From the NCBI GenBank assembly GCA_964276515.1, contig OZ193910.1, positions 7,068,001 through 7,132,000 on the forward strand: a stretch of DNA of 64,000 bases, written 5' to 3'. Positions 40,701-56,385 of the stretch are shown in pieces. The position numbers and the translations under genes were made by a program. Origin of the DNA: Gordius albopunctatus. Lineage: Eukaryota. Position 1 is the stretch's first letter. The number at the start of each line of letters is the position of its first letter. A model generated the notes under the pieces. The model ran no database searches, was not told where the DNA came from, and saw nothing but the letters and a program-made list of their open reading frames with translations.

Positions 40701-43285
40701 AAGTCAAAATTTATCAGAATTAGAAAACTATTACTTTTAAATCATCATCGCATAGAGCATGTTTCAAAGATTAAGCACTCACGTTGCGATACAACAAACT
40801 AATCGCAACAATATAACGTTGTCTTTTCTCAAAATGATAGTTCTCGCAGCTTGAAACTTCTTATATGGAGTCGATCGAGAAAAATAGGATTCTCAAATGA
40901 GCTTACTTTTTTATATTTTTTCAAGCTCTTTTACATAAAATAACAAAAAAAATATATTTTTTCAGGTTAAAATAATTCACAATTTTTTCCTTTCAACCAT
41001 ATTCAACCGATGAAAGTTTTTATTTTCAGACGTGATTTCCATGATAAAAAGTCAAAATTTATCAGAATTAGAAAACTATTACTTTTAAATCATCATCGCA
41101 TAGAGCATGTTTCAAAGATTAAGCACTCACGTTGCGATACAACAAACTAATCGCAACAATATAACGTTGACTTTTCTCAAAATGATTGTTCTCGCAACTT
41201 TAAACTTCTTATATGGAGTCGATCGAGAATAATAGGATTCTCAAATTAGCTTACTTTTATATATTTTATCAAGCTCTTTTACATAAAATAACAAAAATTA
41301 TATTTATTTAGCTCCGAATAACTCACAATTTTTTCCATTCAACCATATTCATCCAATGAAAGTTTTATTTTCCGACCTGATTTCCATGATAAAAAGTTAA
41401 AATTTATCAGAATTAGAGAACTATTATTTGAAATCATCATCGCATAGAGCATGTTTCAAAAATTAAGCACTCACTTTGCGATACAACAAACTAATCGCAA
41501 CAATATAACGTTGTTTTTTCTCAAAATGATTGTTCTCGCAGATTAAAAATTCTTATAAGGAGTCGATCGAGAATAATAGGATTCTCAAATGAGCTTACTT
41601 TTATATATTTTTTCAAGCTCTTTTAGATAAAATAACAAAAAATATATTTTTTTAGGTTAAAATACTTCACAATTTTTTCCTTTCAACAATATTCAACCGA
41701 TGAAAGTTTTTATTTTCAGACGTGATTTCCATGATAAAAAGTCAAAATTTATCAGAATTAGAAAACTATTACTTTTAAATCATCATCGCATAGAGCATGT
41801 TTCAAAGATTAAGCACTCACGTTGCGATACAACAAACTAATCGCAACAATATAACGTTGACTTCTCAAAATGATTGTTCTCGCAACTTTAAACTTCTTAT
41901 ATGGAGTCGATCGAGAATAATAGGATTCTCAAATTAGCTTACTTTTATATATTTTATCAAGCTCTTTTACATAAAATAACACAAATTATATTTATTTAGC
42001 TCCGAATAATTCACAATTTTTTCCTTTCAACCATATTTAACCAATGAAAGTTGTTATTTTCAGACGTGATTTCCATGATAAAAAGTCAAAATTTATCAGA
42101 ATTAGAAAACTATTACTTTTAAATCATCATCGCATAGAGCATGTTTCAAAGATTAAGCACTCACGTTGCGATACAACAAACTAATCGCATCAATATAACG
42201 TTGTCTTTTCTCAAAATGATAGTTCTCGCAGCTTGAAACTTCTTATATGGAGTCGATCGAGAAAAATAGGATTCTCAAATGAGCTTACTTTTTTATATTT
42301 TTTCAAGCTCTTTTACATAAAATAACAAAAAATATATTTTTTTAGGTTAAAATACTTCACAATTTTTTCCTTTCAACAATATTCAACCGATGAAAGTTTT
42401 TATTTTCAGACGTGATTTCCATGATAAAAAGTCAAAATTTATCAGAATTAGAAAACTATTACTTTTAAATCATCATCGCATAGAGCATGTTTCAAAGATT
42501 AAGCACTCACGTTGCGATACAACAAACTAATCGCAACAATATAACGTTGTCTTTTCTCAAAATGATAGTTCTCGCAGCTTGAAACTTCTTATATGGAGTC
42601 GATCGAGAAAAATAGGATTCTCAAATGAGCTTACTTTTTTATATTTTTTCAAGCTCTTTTACATAAAATAACAAAAAATATATTTTTTCAGGTTAAAATA
42701 ATTCACAATTTTTTCCTTTCAACCATATTCAACCGATGAAAGTTTTTATTTTCAGACGTGATTTCCATGATAAAAAGTCAAAATTTATCAGAATTAGAAA
42801 ACTATTACTTTTAAATCATCATCGCATAGAGCATGTTTCAAAGATTAAGCACTCACGTTGCGATACAACAAACTAATCGCAACAATATAACGTTGACTTT
42901 TCTCAAAATGATTGTTCTCGCAACTTTAAACTTCTTATATGGAGTCGATCGAGAATAATAGGATTCTCAAATTAGCTTACTTTTATATATTTTATCAAGC
43001 TCTTTTACATAAAATAACACAAATTATATTTATTTAGCTCCGAATAATTCACAATTTTTTCCTTTCAACCATATTTAACCAATGAAAGTTGTTATTTTCA
43101 GACGTGATTTCCATGATAAAAAGTCAAAATTTATCAGAATTAGAAAACTATTACTTTTAAATCATCATCGCATAGAGCATGTTTCAAAGATTAAGCACTC
43201 ACGTTGCGATACAACAAACTAATCGCATCAATATAACGTTGTCTTTTCTCAAAATGATAGTTCTCGCAGCTTGAAACTTCTTATA
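37746..43285 (+). repeat. Tandem duplication of an 8-monomer block (2766 bp)
   Basis: A private 2-bp deletion GACTTCTC (39093, 41859) and a private A8 tract (38179, 40945) are both spaced by 2766 bp. There is a hybrid junction monomer at ~40512-40520. Confidence 0.9.
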
Positions 43286-46200
43286 TGGAGTCGATCGAGA
43301 AAAATAGGATTCTCAAATGAGCTTACTTTTTTATATTTTTTCAAGCTCTTTTACATAAAATAACAAAAAATATATTTTTTCAGGTTAAAATAATTCACAA
43401 TTTTTTCCTTTCAACCATATTCAACCGATGAAAGTTTTTATTTTCAGACGTGATTTCCATGATAAAAAGTCAAAATTTATCAGAATTAGAGAACTATTAC
43501 TTTTAAATCATCATCGCATAGAGCATTTTTCAAAGATTAAGCACTCACGTTGCGATACAACAAACTAATCGCAACAATATAACGTTGTCTTTTCTCAAAA
43601 TGATTGTTCTCGCAACTTTAAACTTCTTATATGGAGTCGATCGAGAATAATAGGATTCTCAAATTAGCTTACTTTTATATATTTTATCAAGCTCTTTAAC
43701 ATAAAATAACACAAATTATATTTATTTAGCTCCGAATAACTCACAATTTTTTCCATTCAACCATATTCATCCAATGAAAGTTTTATTTTCCGACCTGATT
43801 TCCATAATAAAAAGTTAAAATTTATCAGAATTAGAGAACTATTATTTGAAATCATCATCGCATAGAGCATGTTTCAAAATTAAGCACTCACTTTGCGATA
43901 CAACAAACTAATCGCAACAATATAACGTTGTTTTTTCTCAAAATGATTGTTCTCGCAGATTAAAAATTCTTATAAGGAGTCGATCGAGAATAATAGGATT
44001 CTCAAATGAGCTTACTTTTATATATTTTTTCAAGCTCTTTTAGATAAAATAACAAAAAATATATTTTTTCAGTTTAAAATACTTCACAATTTTTTCCTTT
44101 CAACCATATTCAACCGATGAAATTTTTTATTTTCAGACGTGATTTCCATGATAAAAAGTCAAAATTTATCAGAATTAGAAAACTATTACTTTTAAATCAT
44201 CATCGCATAGAGCATGTTTCAAAAATTAAGCACTCACGTTGCGATACAACAAACTAATCGCAACAATATAACGTTGACTTTTCTCAAAATGATTGTTCTC
44301 GCAACTTTAAACTTCTTATATGGAGTCGATCGAGAATAATAGGATTCTCAAATTAGCTTACTTTTATATATTTTATCAAGCTCTTTTACATAAAATAACA
44401 AAAATTATATTTATTTAGCTCCGAATAACTCACAATTTTTTCCATTCAACCATATTCATCCAATGAAAGTTTTATTTTCCGACCTGATTTCCATGATAAA
44501 AAGTTAAAATTTATCAGAATTAGAGAACTATTATTTGAAATCATCATCGCATAGAGCATGTTTCAAAAATTAAGCACTCACTTTGCGATACAACAAACTA
44601 ATCGCAACAATATAACGTTGTTTTTTCTCAAAATGATTGTTCTCGCAGATTAAAAATTCTTATAAGGAGTCGATCGAGAATAATAGGATTCTCAAATGAG
44701 CTTACTTTTATATATTTTTTCAAGCTCTTTTAGATAAAATAACAAAAAATATATTTTTTTAGGTTAAAATACTTCACAATTTTTTCCTTTCAACAATATT
44801 CAACCGATGAAAGTTTTTATTTTCAGACGTGATTTCCATGATAAAAAGTCAAAATTTATCAGAATTAGAAAACTATTACTTTTAAATCATCATCGCATAG
44901 AGCATGTTTCAAAGATTAAGCACTCACGTTGCGATACAACAAACTAATCGCAACAATATAACGTTGTCTTTTCTCAAAATGATAGTTCTCGCAGCTTGAA
45001 ACTTCTTATATGGAGTCGATCGAGAAAAATAGGATTCTCAAATGAGCTTACTTTTTTATATTTTTTCAAGCTCTTTTACATAAAATAACAAAAAATATAT
45101 TTTTTCAGGTTAAAATAATTCACAATTTTTTCCATTCAACCATATTCATCCAATGAAAGTTTTATTTTCCGACCTGATTTCCATGATAAAAAGTTAAAAT
45201 TTATCAGAATTAGAGAACTATTATTTGAAATCATCATCGCATAGAGCATGTTTCAAAAATTAAGCACTCACTTTGCGATACAACAAACTAATCGCAACAA
45301 TATAACGTTGTCTTTTCTCAAAATGATAGTTCTCGCAGCTTGAAACTTCTTATATGGAGTCGATCGAGAAAAATAGGATTCTCAAATGAGCTTACTTTTT
45401 TATATTTTTTCAAGCTCTTTTACATAAAATAACAAAAAATATATTTTTTCAGGTTAAAATACTTCACAATTTTTTCCTTTCAACCATATTCAACCGATGA
45501 AATTTTTTATTTTCAGACGTGATTTCCATGATAAAAAGTCAAAATTTATCAGAATTAGAAAACTATTACTTTTAAATCATCATCGCATAGAGCATGTTTC
45601 AAAAATTAAGCACTCACGTTGCGATACAACAAACTAATCGCAACAATATAACGTTGACTTTTCTCAAAATGATTGTTCTCGCAACTTTAAACTTCTTATA
45701 TGGAGTCGATCGAGAAAAATAGGATTCTCAAATGAGCTTACTTTTTTATATTTTTTCAAGCTCTTTTACATAAAATAACAAAAAATATATTTTTCAGGTT
45801 AAAATAATTCACAATTTTTTCCTTTCAACCATATTCAACCGATGAAAGTTTTTATTTTCAGACGTGATTTCCATGATAAAAAGTCAAAATTTATCAGAAT
45901 TAGAAAACTATTACTTTTAAATCATCATCGCATAGAGCATTTTTCAAAAATTAGGCACTCACGTTGCGATACAACAAACTAATCGCAACAATATAACGTT
46001 GTCTTTTCTTAAAATGATAGTTCTCGCAGCTTGAAACTTCTTATATGGAGTCGATCGAGAAAAATAGGATTCTCAAATGAGCTTACTTTTTTATATTTTT
46101 TCAAGCTCTTTTACATAAAATAACAAAAAATATATTTTTTCAGGTTAAAATAATTCACAATTTTTTCCTTTCAACCATATTCAACCGATGAAAGTTTTTA

Positions 46201-49200
46201 TTTTCAGACGTGATTTCCATGATAAAAAGTCAAAATTTATCAGAATTAGAGAACTATTACTTTTAAATCATCATCGCATAGAGCATTTTTCAAAGATTAA
46301 GCACTCACGTTGCGATACAACAAACTAATCGCAACAATATAACGTTGTCTTTTCTCAAAATGATAGTTCTCGCAGCTTGAAACTTCTTATATGGAGTCGA
46401 TCGAGAAAAATAGGATTCTCAAATGAGCTTACTTTTTTATATTTTTTCAAGCTCTTTTACATAAAATAACAAAAAATATATTTTTTCAGGTTAAAATACT
46501 TCACAATTTTTTCCTTTCAACCATATTCAACCGATGAAATTTTTTATTTTCAGACGTGATTTCCATGATAAAAAGTCAAAATTTATCAGAATTAGAAAAC
46601 TATTACTTTTAAATCATCATCGCATAGAGCATGTTTCAAAAATTAAGCACTCACGTTGCGATACAACAAACTAATCGCAACAATATAACGTTGACTTTTC
46701 TCAAAATGATTGTTCTCGCAACTTTAAACTTCTTATATGGAGTCGATCGAGAATAATAGGATTCTCAAATTAGCTTACTTTTATATATTTTATCAAGCTC
46801 TTTTACATAAAATAACACAAATTATATTTATTTAGCTCCGAATAACTCACAATTTTTTCCATTCAACCATATTCATCCAATGAAAGTTTTATTTTCCGAC
46901 CTGATTTCCATGATAAAAAGTTAAAATTTATCAGAATTAGAGAACTATTATTTGAAATCATCATCGCATAGAGCATGTTTCAAAAATTAAGCACTCACTT
47001 TGCGATACAACAAACTAATCGCAACAATATAACGTTGCTTTTTCTCAAAATGATTGTTCTCGCAGATTAAAAATTCTTATAAGGAGTCGATCGAGAATAA
47101 TAGGATTCTCAAATGAGCTTACTTTTATATATTTTTTCAAGCTCTTTTAGATAAAATAACAAAAAATATATTTTTTTAGGTTAAAATACTTCACAATTTT
47201 TTCCTTTCAACCATATTCAACCGATGAAATTTTTTATTTTCAGACATGATTTCCATGATAAAAAGTCAAAATTAATCAGAATTAGAAAATTATTACTTTT
47301 AAATCATTATCGCATAGAGCATGTTTCAAAAATTAAGCATTCACGTTGCGATACAACAAACTAATCGCAACAATATAACGTTGACTTTTCTCAAAATGAT
47401 TGTTCTCGCAACTTTAAACTTCTTATATGGAGTCGATCGAGAATAATAGGATTCTCAAATTAGCTTACTTTTATATATTTTATCAAGCTCTTTTACATAA
47501 AATAACACAAATTATATTTATTTAGCTCCGAATAACTCACAATTTTTTCCATTCAACCATATTCATCCAATGAAAGTTTTATTTTCAGACGTGATTTCCA
47601 TGATAAAAAGTTAAAATTTATCAGAATTAGAGAACTATTACTTTGAAATCATCCTCGCATAGAGCATGTTTCAAAAATTAAGCACTCACGTTGCGATACA
47701 ACAAACTAATCGCAACAATATAACGTTGTTTTTTCTCAAAATGATTGTTCTCGCAGATTAAAAATTCTTATAAGGAGTCGATCGAGAATAATAGGATTCT
47801 CAAATGAGCTTACTTTTATATATTTTTTCAAGCTCTTTTAGATAAAATAACAAAAAATATATTTTTTTAGGTTAAAATACTTCACAATTTTTTCCTTTCA
47901 ACAATATTCAACCGATGAAAGTTTTTATTTTCAGACGTGATTTCCATGATAAAAAGTCAAAATTTATCAGAATTAGAAAACTATTACTTTTAAATCATCA
48001 TCGCATAGAGCATGTTTCAAAGATTAAGCACTCACGTTGCGATACAACAAACTAATCGCAACAATATAACGTTGTCTTTTCTCAAAATGATAGTTCTCGC
48101 AGCTTGAAACTTCTTATATGGAGTCGATCGAGAAAAATAGGATTCTCAAATGAGCTTACTTTTTTATATTTTTTCAAGCTCTTTTACATAAAATAACAAA
48201 AAATATATTTTTTCAGGTTAAAATAATTCACAATTTTTTCCTTTCAACCATATTCAACCGATGAAAGTTTTTATTTTCAGACGTGATTTCCATGATAAAA
48301 AGTCAAAATTTATCAGAATTAGAGAACTATTACTTTTAAATCATCATCGCATAGAGCATTTTTCAAAGATTAAGCACTCACGTTGCGATACAACAAACTA
48401 ATCGCAACAATATAACGTTGTCTTTTCTCAAAATGATAGTTCTCGCAGCTTGAAACTTCTTATATGGAGTCGATCGAGAAAAATAGGATTCTCAAATGAG
48501 CTTACTTTTTTATATTTTTTCAAGCTTTTTTACATAAAATAACAAAAAATATATTTTTCAGGTTAAAATAATTCACAATTTTTTCCTTTCAACCATATTC
48601 AACCGATGAAAGTTTTTATTTTCAGACGTGATTTCCATGATAAAAAGTCAAAATTTATCAGAATTAGAAAACTATTACTTTTAAATCATCATCGCATAGA
48701 GCATTTTTCAAAAATTAGGCACTCACGTTGCGATACAACAAACTAATCGCAACAATATAACGTTCTCCTTTTCTCAAAATGATTGTTCTCGCAGCTTGAA
48801 ACTTCTTATATGGAGTCGATCGAGAAAAATAGGATTCTCAAATGAGCTTACTTTTTTATATTTTTTCAAGCTCTTTTACATAAAATAACAAAAAATATAT
48901 TTTTTCAGGTTAAAATACTTCACAATTTTTTCCTTTCAACCATATTCAACCGATGAAATTTTTTATTTTCAGACGTGATTTCCATGATAAAAAGTCAAAA
49001 TTTATCAGAATTAGAAAACTATTACTTTTAAATCATCATCGCATAGAGCATGTTTCAAAAATTAAGCACTCACGTTGCGATACAACAAACTAATCGCAAC
49101 AATATAACGTTGACTTTTCTCAAAATGATTGTTCTCGCAACTTTAAACTTCTTATATGGAGTCGATCGAGAATAATAGGATTCTCAAATTAGCTTACTTT

Positions 49201-51741
49201 TATATATTTTTTCAAGCTCTTTTACATAAAATAACAAAAAATATATTTTTTCAGGTTAAAATACTTCACAATTTTTTCCTTTCAACCATATTCAACCGAT
49301 GAAATTTTTTATTTTCAGACGTGATTTCCATGATAAAAAGTCAAAATTTATCAGAATTAGAAAACTATTACTTTTAAATCATCATCGCATAGAGCATGTT
49401 TCAAAAATTAAGCACTCACGTTGCGATACAACAAACTAATCGCAACAATATAACGTTGACTTTTCTCAAAATGATTGTTCTCGCAACTTTAAACTTCTTA
49501 TATGGAGTCGATCGAGAATAATAGGATTCTCAAATTAGCTTACTTTTATATATTTTATCAAGCTCTTTTACATAAAATAACACAAATTATATTTATTTAG
49601 CTCCGAATAACTCACAATTTTTTCCATTCAACCATATTCATCCAATGAAAGTTTTATTTTCAGACGTGATTTCCATGATAAAAAGTTAAAATTTATCAGA
49701 ATTAGAGAACTATTACTTTGAAATCATCCTCGCATAGAGCATGTTTCAAAAATTAAGCACTCACTTTGCGATACAACAAACTAATCGCAACAATATAACG
49801 TTGTTTTTTCTCAAAATGATTGTTCTCGCAGATTAAAAATTCTTATAAGGAGTCGATCGAGAATAATAGGATTCTCAAATGAGCTTACTTTTATATATTT
49901 TTTCAAGCTCTTTTAGATAAAATAACAAAAAATATATTTTTTTAGGTTAAAATACTTCACAATTTTTTCCTTTCAACAATATTCAACCGATGAAAGTTTT
50001 TATTTTCAGACGTGATTTCCATGATAAAAAGTCAAAATTTATCAGAATTAGAAAACTATTACTTTTAAATCATCATCGCATAGAGCATGTTTCAAAAATT
50101 AAGCACTCACGTTGCGATACAACAAACTAATCGCAACAATATAACGTTGTTTTTTCTCAAAATGATTGTTCTCGCAGATTAAAAATTCTTATAAGGAGTC
50201 GATCGAGAATAATAGGATTCTCAAATGAGCTTACTTTTATATATTTTTTCAAGCTCTTTTAGATAAAATAACAAAAAATATATTTTTTTAGGTTAAAATA
50301 CTTCACAATTTTTTCCTTTCAACAATATTCAACCGATGAAAGTTTTTATTTTCAGACGTGATTTCCATGATAAAAAGTCAAAATTTATCAGAATTAGAAA
50401 ACTATTACTTTTAAATCATCATCGCATAGAGCATGTTTCAAAGATTAAGCACTCACGTTGCGATACAACAAACTAATCGCAACAATATAACGTTGTCTTT
50501 TCTCAAAATGATAGTTCTCGCAGCTTGAAACTTCTTATATGGAGTCGATCGAGAAAAATAGGATTCTCAAATGAGCTTACTTTTTTATATTTTTTCAAGC
50601 TCTTTTACATAAAATAACAAAAAATATATTTTTTCAGGTTAAAATAATTCACAATTTTTTCCTTTCAACCATATTCAACCGATGAAAGTTTTTATTTTCA
50701 GACGTGATTTCCATGATAAAAAGTCAAAATTTATCAGAATTAGAGAACTATTACTTTTAAATCATCATCGCATAGAGCATTTTTCAAAGATTAAGCACTC
50801 ACGTTGCGATACAACAAACTAATCGCAACAATATAACGTTGTCTTTTCTCAAAATGATAGTTCTCGCAGCTTGAAACTTCTTATATAGAGTCGATCGAGA
50901 AAAATAGGATTCTCAAATGAGCTTACTTTTTTATATTTTTTCAAGCTCTTTTACATAAAATAACAAAAAATATATTTTTTTAGGTTAAAATACTTCACAA
51001 TTTTTTCCTTTCAACAATATTCAACCGATGAAAGTTTTTATTTTCAGACGTGATTTCCATGATAAAAAGTCAAAATTTATCAGAATTAGAAAACTATTAC
51101 TTTTAAATCATCATCGCATAGAGCATGTTTCAAAGATTAAGCACTCACGTTGCGATACAACAAACTAATCGCAACAATATAACGTTGTCTTTTCTCAAAA
51201 TGATAGTTCTCGCAGCTTGAAACTTCTTATATGGAGTCGATCGAGAAAAATAGGATTCTCAAATGAGCTTACTTTTTTATATTTTTTCAAGCTCTTTTAC
51301 ATAAAATAACAAAAAATATATTTTTCAGGTTAAAATAATTCACAATTTTTTCCTTTCAACCATATTCAACCGATGAAAGTTTTTATTTTCAGACGTGATT
51401 TCCATGATAAAAAGTCAAAATTTATCAGAATTAGAAAACTATTACTTTTAAATCATCATCGCATAGAGCATTTTTCAAAAATTAGGCACTCACGTTGCGA
51501 TACAACAAACTAATCGCAACAATATAACGTTGTTTTTTCTCAAAATGATTGTTCTCGCAGATTAAAAATTCTTATAAGGAGTCGATCGAGAATAATAGGA
51601 TTCTCAAATGAGCTTACTTTTATATATTTTTTCAAGCTCTTTTAGATAAAATAACAAAAAATATATTTTTTCAGGTTAAAATACTTCACAATTTTTTCCT
51701 TTCAACCATATTCAACCGATGAAATTTTTTATTTTCAGACA

Positions 51742-54700
51742 TGATTTCCATGATAAAAAGTCAAAATTTATCAGAATTAGAAAACTATTACTTTTAAATC
51801 ATCATCGCATAGAGCATGTTTCAAAAATTAAGCACTCACGTTGCGATACAACAAACTAATCGCAACAATATAACGTTGACTTTTCTCAAAATGATTGTTC
51901 TCGCAACTTTAAACTTCTTATATGGAGTCGATCGAGAATAATAGGATTCTCAAATTAGCTTACTTTTATATATTTTATCAAGCTCTTTTACATAAAATAA
52001 CACAAATTATATTTATTTAGCTCCGAATAACTCACAATTTTTTCCATTCAACCATATTCATCCAATGAAAGTTTTATTTTCCGACCTGATTTCCATGATA
52101 AAAAGTTAAAATTTATCAGAATTAGAGAACTATTATTTGAAATCATCATCGCATAGAGCATGTTTCAAAAATTAAGCACTCACTTTGCGATACAACAAAC
52201 TAATCGCAACAATATAACGTTGTTTTTTCTCAAAATGATTGTTCTCGCAGATTAAAAATTCTTATAAGGAGTCGATCGAGAATAATAGGATTCTCAAATG
52301 AGCTTACTTTTATATATTTTTTCAAGCTCTTTTAGATAAAATAACAAAAAATATATTTTTTTAGTTTAAAATACTTCACAATTTTTTCCTTTCAACAATA
52401 TTCAACCGATGAAAGTTTTTATTTTCAGACGTGATTTCCATGATAAAAAGTCAAAATTTATCAGAATTAGAAAACTATTACTTTTAAATCATCATCGCAT
52501 AGAGCATGTTTCAAAGATTAAGCACTCACGTTGCGATACAACAAACTAATCGCAACAATATAACGTTGTCTTTTCTCAAAATGATAGTTCTCGCAGCTTG
52601 AAACTTCTTATATGGAGTCGATCGAGAAAAATAGGATTCTCAAATGAGCTTACTTTTATATATTTTTTCAAGCTCTTTTAGATAAAATAACAAAAAATAT
52701 ATTTTTTCAGGTTAAAATACTTCACAATTTTTTCCTTTCAACAATATTCAACCGATGAAAGTTTTTATTTTCAGACGTGATTTCCATGATAAAAAGTCAA
52801 AATTTATCAGAATTAGATAACTATTACTTTTAAATCATCATCGCATAGAGCATGTTTCAAAGATTAAGCACTCTCGTTGCGATACAACAAACTAATCGCA
52901 ACAATATAACGTTGTCTTTTCTCAAAATGATAGTTCTCGCAGCTTGAAACTTCTTATATGGAGTCGATCGAGAAAAATAGGATTCTCAAATGAGCTTACT
53001 TTTTTATATTTTTTCAAGCTCTTTTACATAAAATAACAAAAAATATATTTTTTCAGGTTAAAATACTTCACAATTTTTTCCTTTCAACCATATTCAACCG
53101 ATGAAATTTTTTATTTTCAGACATGATTTCCATGATAAAAAGTCAAAATTAATCAGAATTAGAAAATTATTACTTTTAAATCATTATCGCATAGAGCATG
53201 TTTCAAAAATTAAGCACTCACGTTGCGATACAACAAACTAATCGCAACAATATAACGTTGACTTTTCTCAAAATGATTGTTCTCGCAACTTTAAACTTCT
53301 TATATGGAGTCGATCGAGAATAATAGGATTCTCAAATTAGCTTACTTTTATATATTTTATCAAGCTCTTTTACATAAAATAACACAAATTATATTTATTT
53401 AGCTCCGAATAACTCACAATTTTTTCCATTCAACCATATTCATCCAATGAAAGTTTTATTTTCAGACGTGATTTCCATGATAAAAAGTTAAAATTTATCA
53501 GAATTAGAGAACTATTACTTTGAAATCATCCTCGCATAGAGCATGTTTCAAAAATTAAGCACTCACGTTGCGATACAACAAACTAATCGCAACAATATAA
53601 CGTTGTCTTTTCTCAAAATGATAGTTCTCGCAGCTTGAAACTTCTTATATGGAGTCGATCGAGAAAAATAGGATTCTCAAATGAGCTTACTTTTTTATAT
53701 TTTTTCAAGCTCTTTTACATAAAATAACAAAAAATATATTTTTTCAGGTTAAAATACTTCACAATTTTTTCCTTTCAACCATATTCAACCGATGAAATTT
53801 TTTATTTTCAGACGTGATTTCCATGATAAAAAGTCAAAATTTATCAGAATTAGAAAACTATTACTTTTAAATCATCATCGCATAGAGCATGTTTCAAAAA
53901 TTAAGCACTCACGTTGCGATACAACAAACTAATCGCAACAATATAACGTTGACTTTTCTCAAAATGATTGTTCTCGCAACTTTAAACTTCTTATATGGAG
54001 TCGATCGAGAATAATAGGATTCTCAAATTAGCTTACTTTTATATATTTTATCAAGCTCTTTTACATAAAATAACACAAATTATATTTATTTAGCTCCGAA
54101 TAACTCACAATTTTTTCCATTCAACCATATTCATCCAATGAAAGTTTTATTTTCCGACCTGATTTCCATGATAAAAAGTTAAAATTTATCAGAATTAGAG
54201 AACTATTATTTGAAATCATCATCGCATAGAGCATGTTTCAAAAATTAAGCACTCACTTTGCGATACAACAAACTAATCGCAACAATATAACGTTGTTTTT
54301 TCTCAAAATGATTGTTCTCGCAGATTAAAAATTCTTATAAGGAGTCGATCGAGAATAATAGGATTCTCAAATGAGCTTACTTTTATATATTTTTTCAAGC
54401 TCTTTTAGATAAAATAACAAAAAATATATTTTTTTAGTTTAAAATACTTCACAATTTTTTCCTTTCAACAATATTCAACCGATGAAAGTTTTTATTTTCA
54501 GACGTGATTTCCATGATAAAAAGTCAAAATTTATCAGAATTAGAAAACTATTACTTTTAAATCATCATCGCATAGAGCATGTTTCAAAGATTAAGCACTC
54601 ACGTTGCGATACAACAAACTAATCGCAACAATATAACGTTGTCTTTTCTCAAAATGATAGTTCTCGCAGCTTGAAACTTCTTATATGGAGTCGATCGAGA

Positions 54701-56385
54701 AAAATAGGATTCTCAAATGAGCTTACTTTTATATATTTTTTCAAGCTCTTTTAGATAAAATAACAAAAAATATATTTTTTCAGGTTAAAATACTTCACAA
54801 TTTTTTCCTTTCAACAATATTCAACCGATGAAAGTTTTTATTTTCAGACGTGATTTCCATGATAAAAAGTCAAAATTTATCAGAATTAGATAACTATTAC
54901 TTTTAAATCATCATCGCATAGAGCATGTTTCAAAGATTAAGCACTCTCGTTGCGATACAACAAACTAATCGCAACAATATAACGTTGTCTTTTCTCAAAA
55001 TGATAGTTCTCGCAGCTTGAAACTTCTTATATGGAGTCGATCGAGAAAAATAGGATTCTCAAATGAGCTTACTTTTTTATATTTTTTCAAGCTCTTTTAC
55101 ATAAAATAACAAAAAATATATTTTTTCAGGTTAAAATACTTCACAATTTTTTCCTTTCAACCATATTCAACCGATGAAATTTTTTATTTTCAGACATGAT
55201 TTCCATGATAAAAAGTCAAAATTAATCAGAATTAGAAAATTATTACTTTTAAATCATTATCGCATAGAGCATGTTTCAAAAATTAAGCACTCACGTTGCG
55301 ATACAACAAACTAATCGCAACAATATAACGTTGACTTTTCTCAAAATGATTGTTCTCGCAACTTTAAACTTCTTATATGGAGTCGATCGAGAATAATAGG
55401 ATTCTCAAATTAGCTTACTTTTATATATTTTATCAAGCTCTTTTACATAAAATAACACAAATTATATTTATTTAGCTCCGAATAACTCACAATTTTTTCC
55501 ATTCAACCATATTCATCCAATGAAAGTTTTATTTTCAGACGTGATTTCCATGATAAAAAGTTAAAATTTATCAGAATTAGAGAACTATTACTTTGAAATC
55601 ATCCTCGCATAGAGCATGTTTCAAAAATTAAGCACTCACGTTGCGATACAACAAACTAATCGCAACAATATAACGTTGTCTTTTCTCAAAATGATAGTTC
55701 TCGCAGCTTGAAACTTCTTATATGGAGTCGATCGAGAAAAATAGGATTCTCAAATGAGCTTACTTTTTTATATTTTTTCAAGCTCTTTTACATAAAATAA
55801 CAAAAAATATATTTTTTCAGGTTAAAATACTTCACAATTTTTTCCTTTCAACCATATTCAACCGATGAAATTTTTTATTTTCAGACGTGATTTCCATGAT
55901 AAAAAGTCAAAATTTATCAGAATTAGAAAACTATTACTTTTAAATCATCATCGCATAGAGCATGTTTCAAAAATTAAGCACTCACGTTGCGATACAACAA
56001 ACTAATCGCAACAATATAACGTTGACTTTTCTCAAAATGATTGTTCTCGCAACTTTAAACTTCTTATATGGAGTCGATCGAGAATAATAGGATTCTCAAA
56101 TTAGCTTACTTTTATATATTTTATCAAGCTCTTTTACATAAAATAACACAAATTATATTTATTTAGCTCCGAATAACTCACAATTTTTTCCATTCAACCA
56201 TATTCATCCAATGAAAGTTTTATTTTCCGACCTGATTTCCATGATAAAAAGTTAAAATTTATCAGAATTAGAGAACTATTATTTGAAATCATCATCGCAT
56301 AGAGCATGTTTCAAAAATTAAGCACTCACTTTGCGATACAACAAACTAATCGCAACAATATAACGTTGTTTTTTCTCAAAATGAT
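51742..56385 (+). repeat. Higher-order repeat, 6-monomer unit (2073 bp), ~2.2 copies
   Basis: Markers TTTAGTTTAAA (52364, 54437), TTAGATAACT (52818, 54891) and AGACATG (53123, 55196) are all spaced by 2073 bp. Confidence 0.88.
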
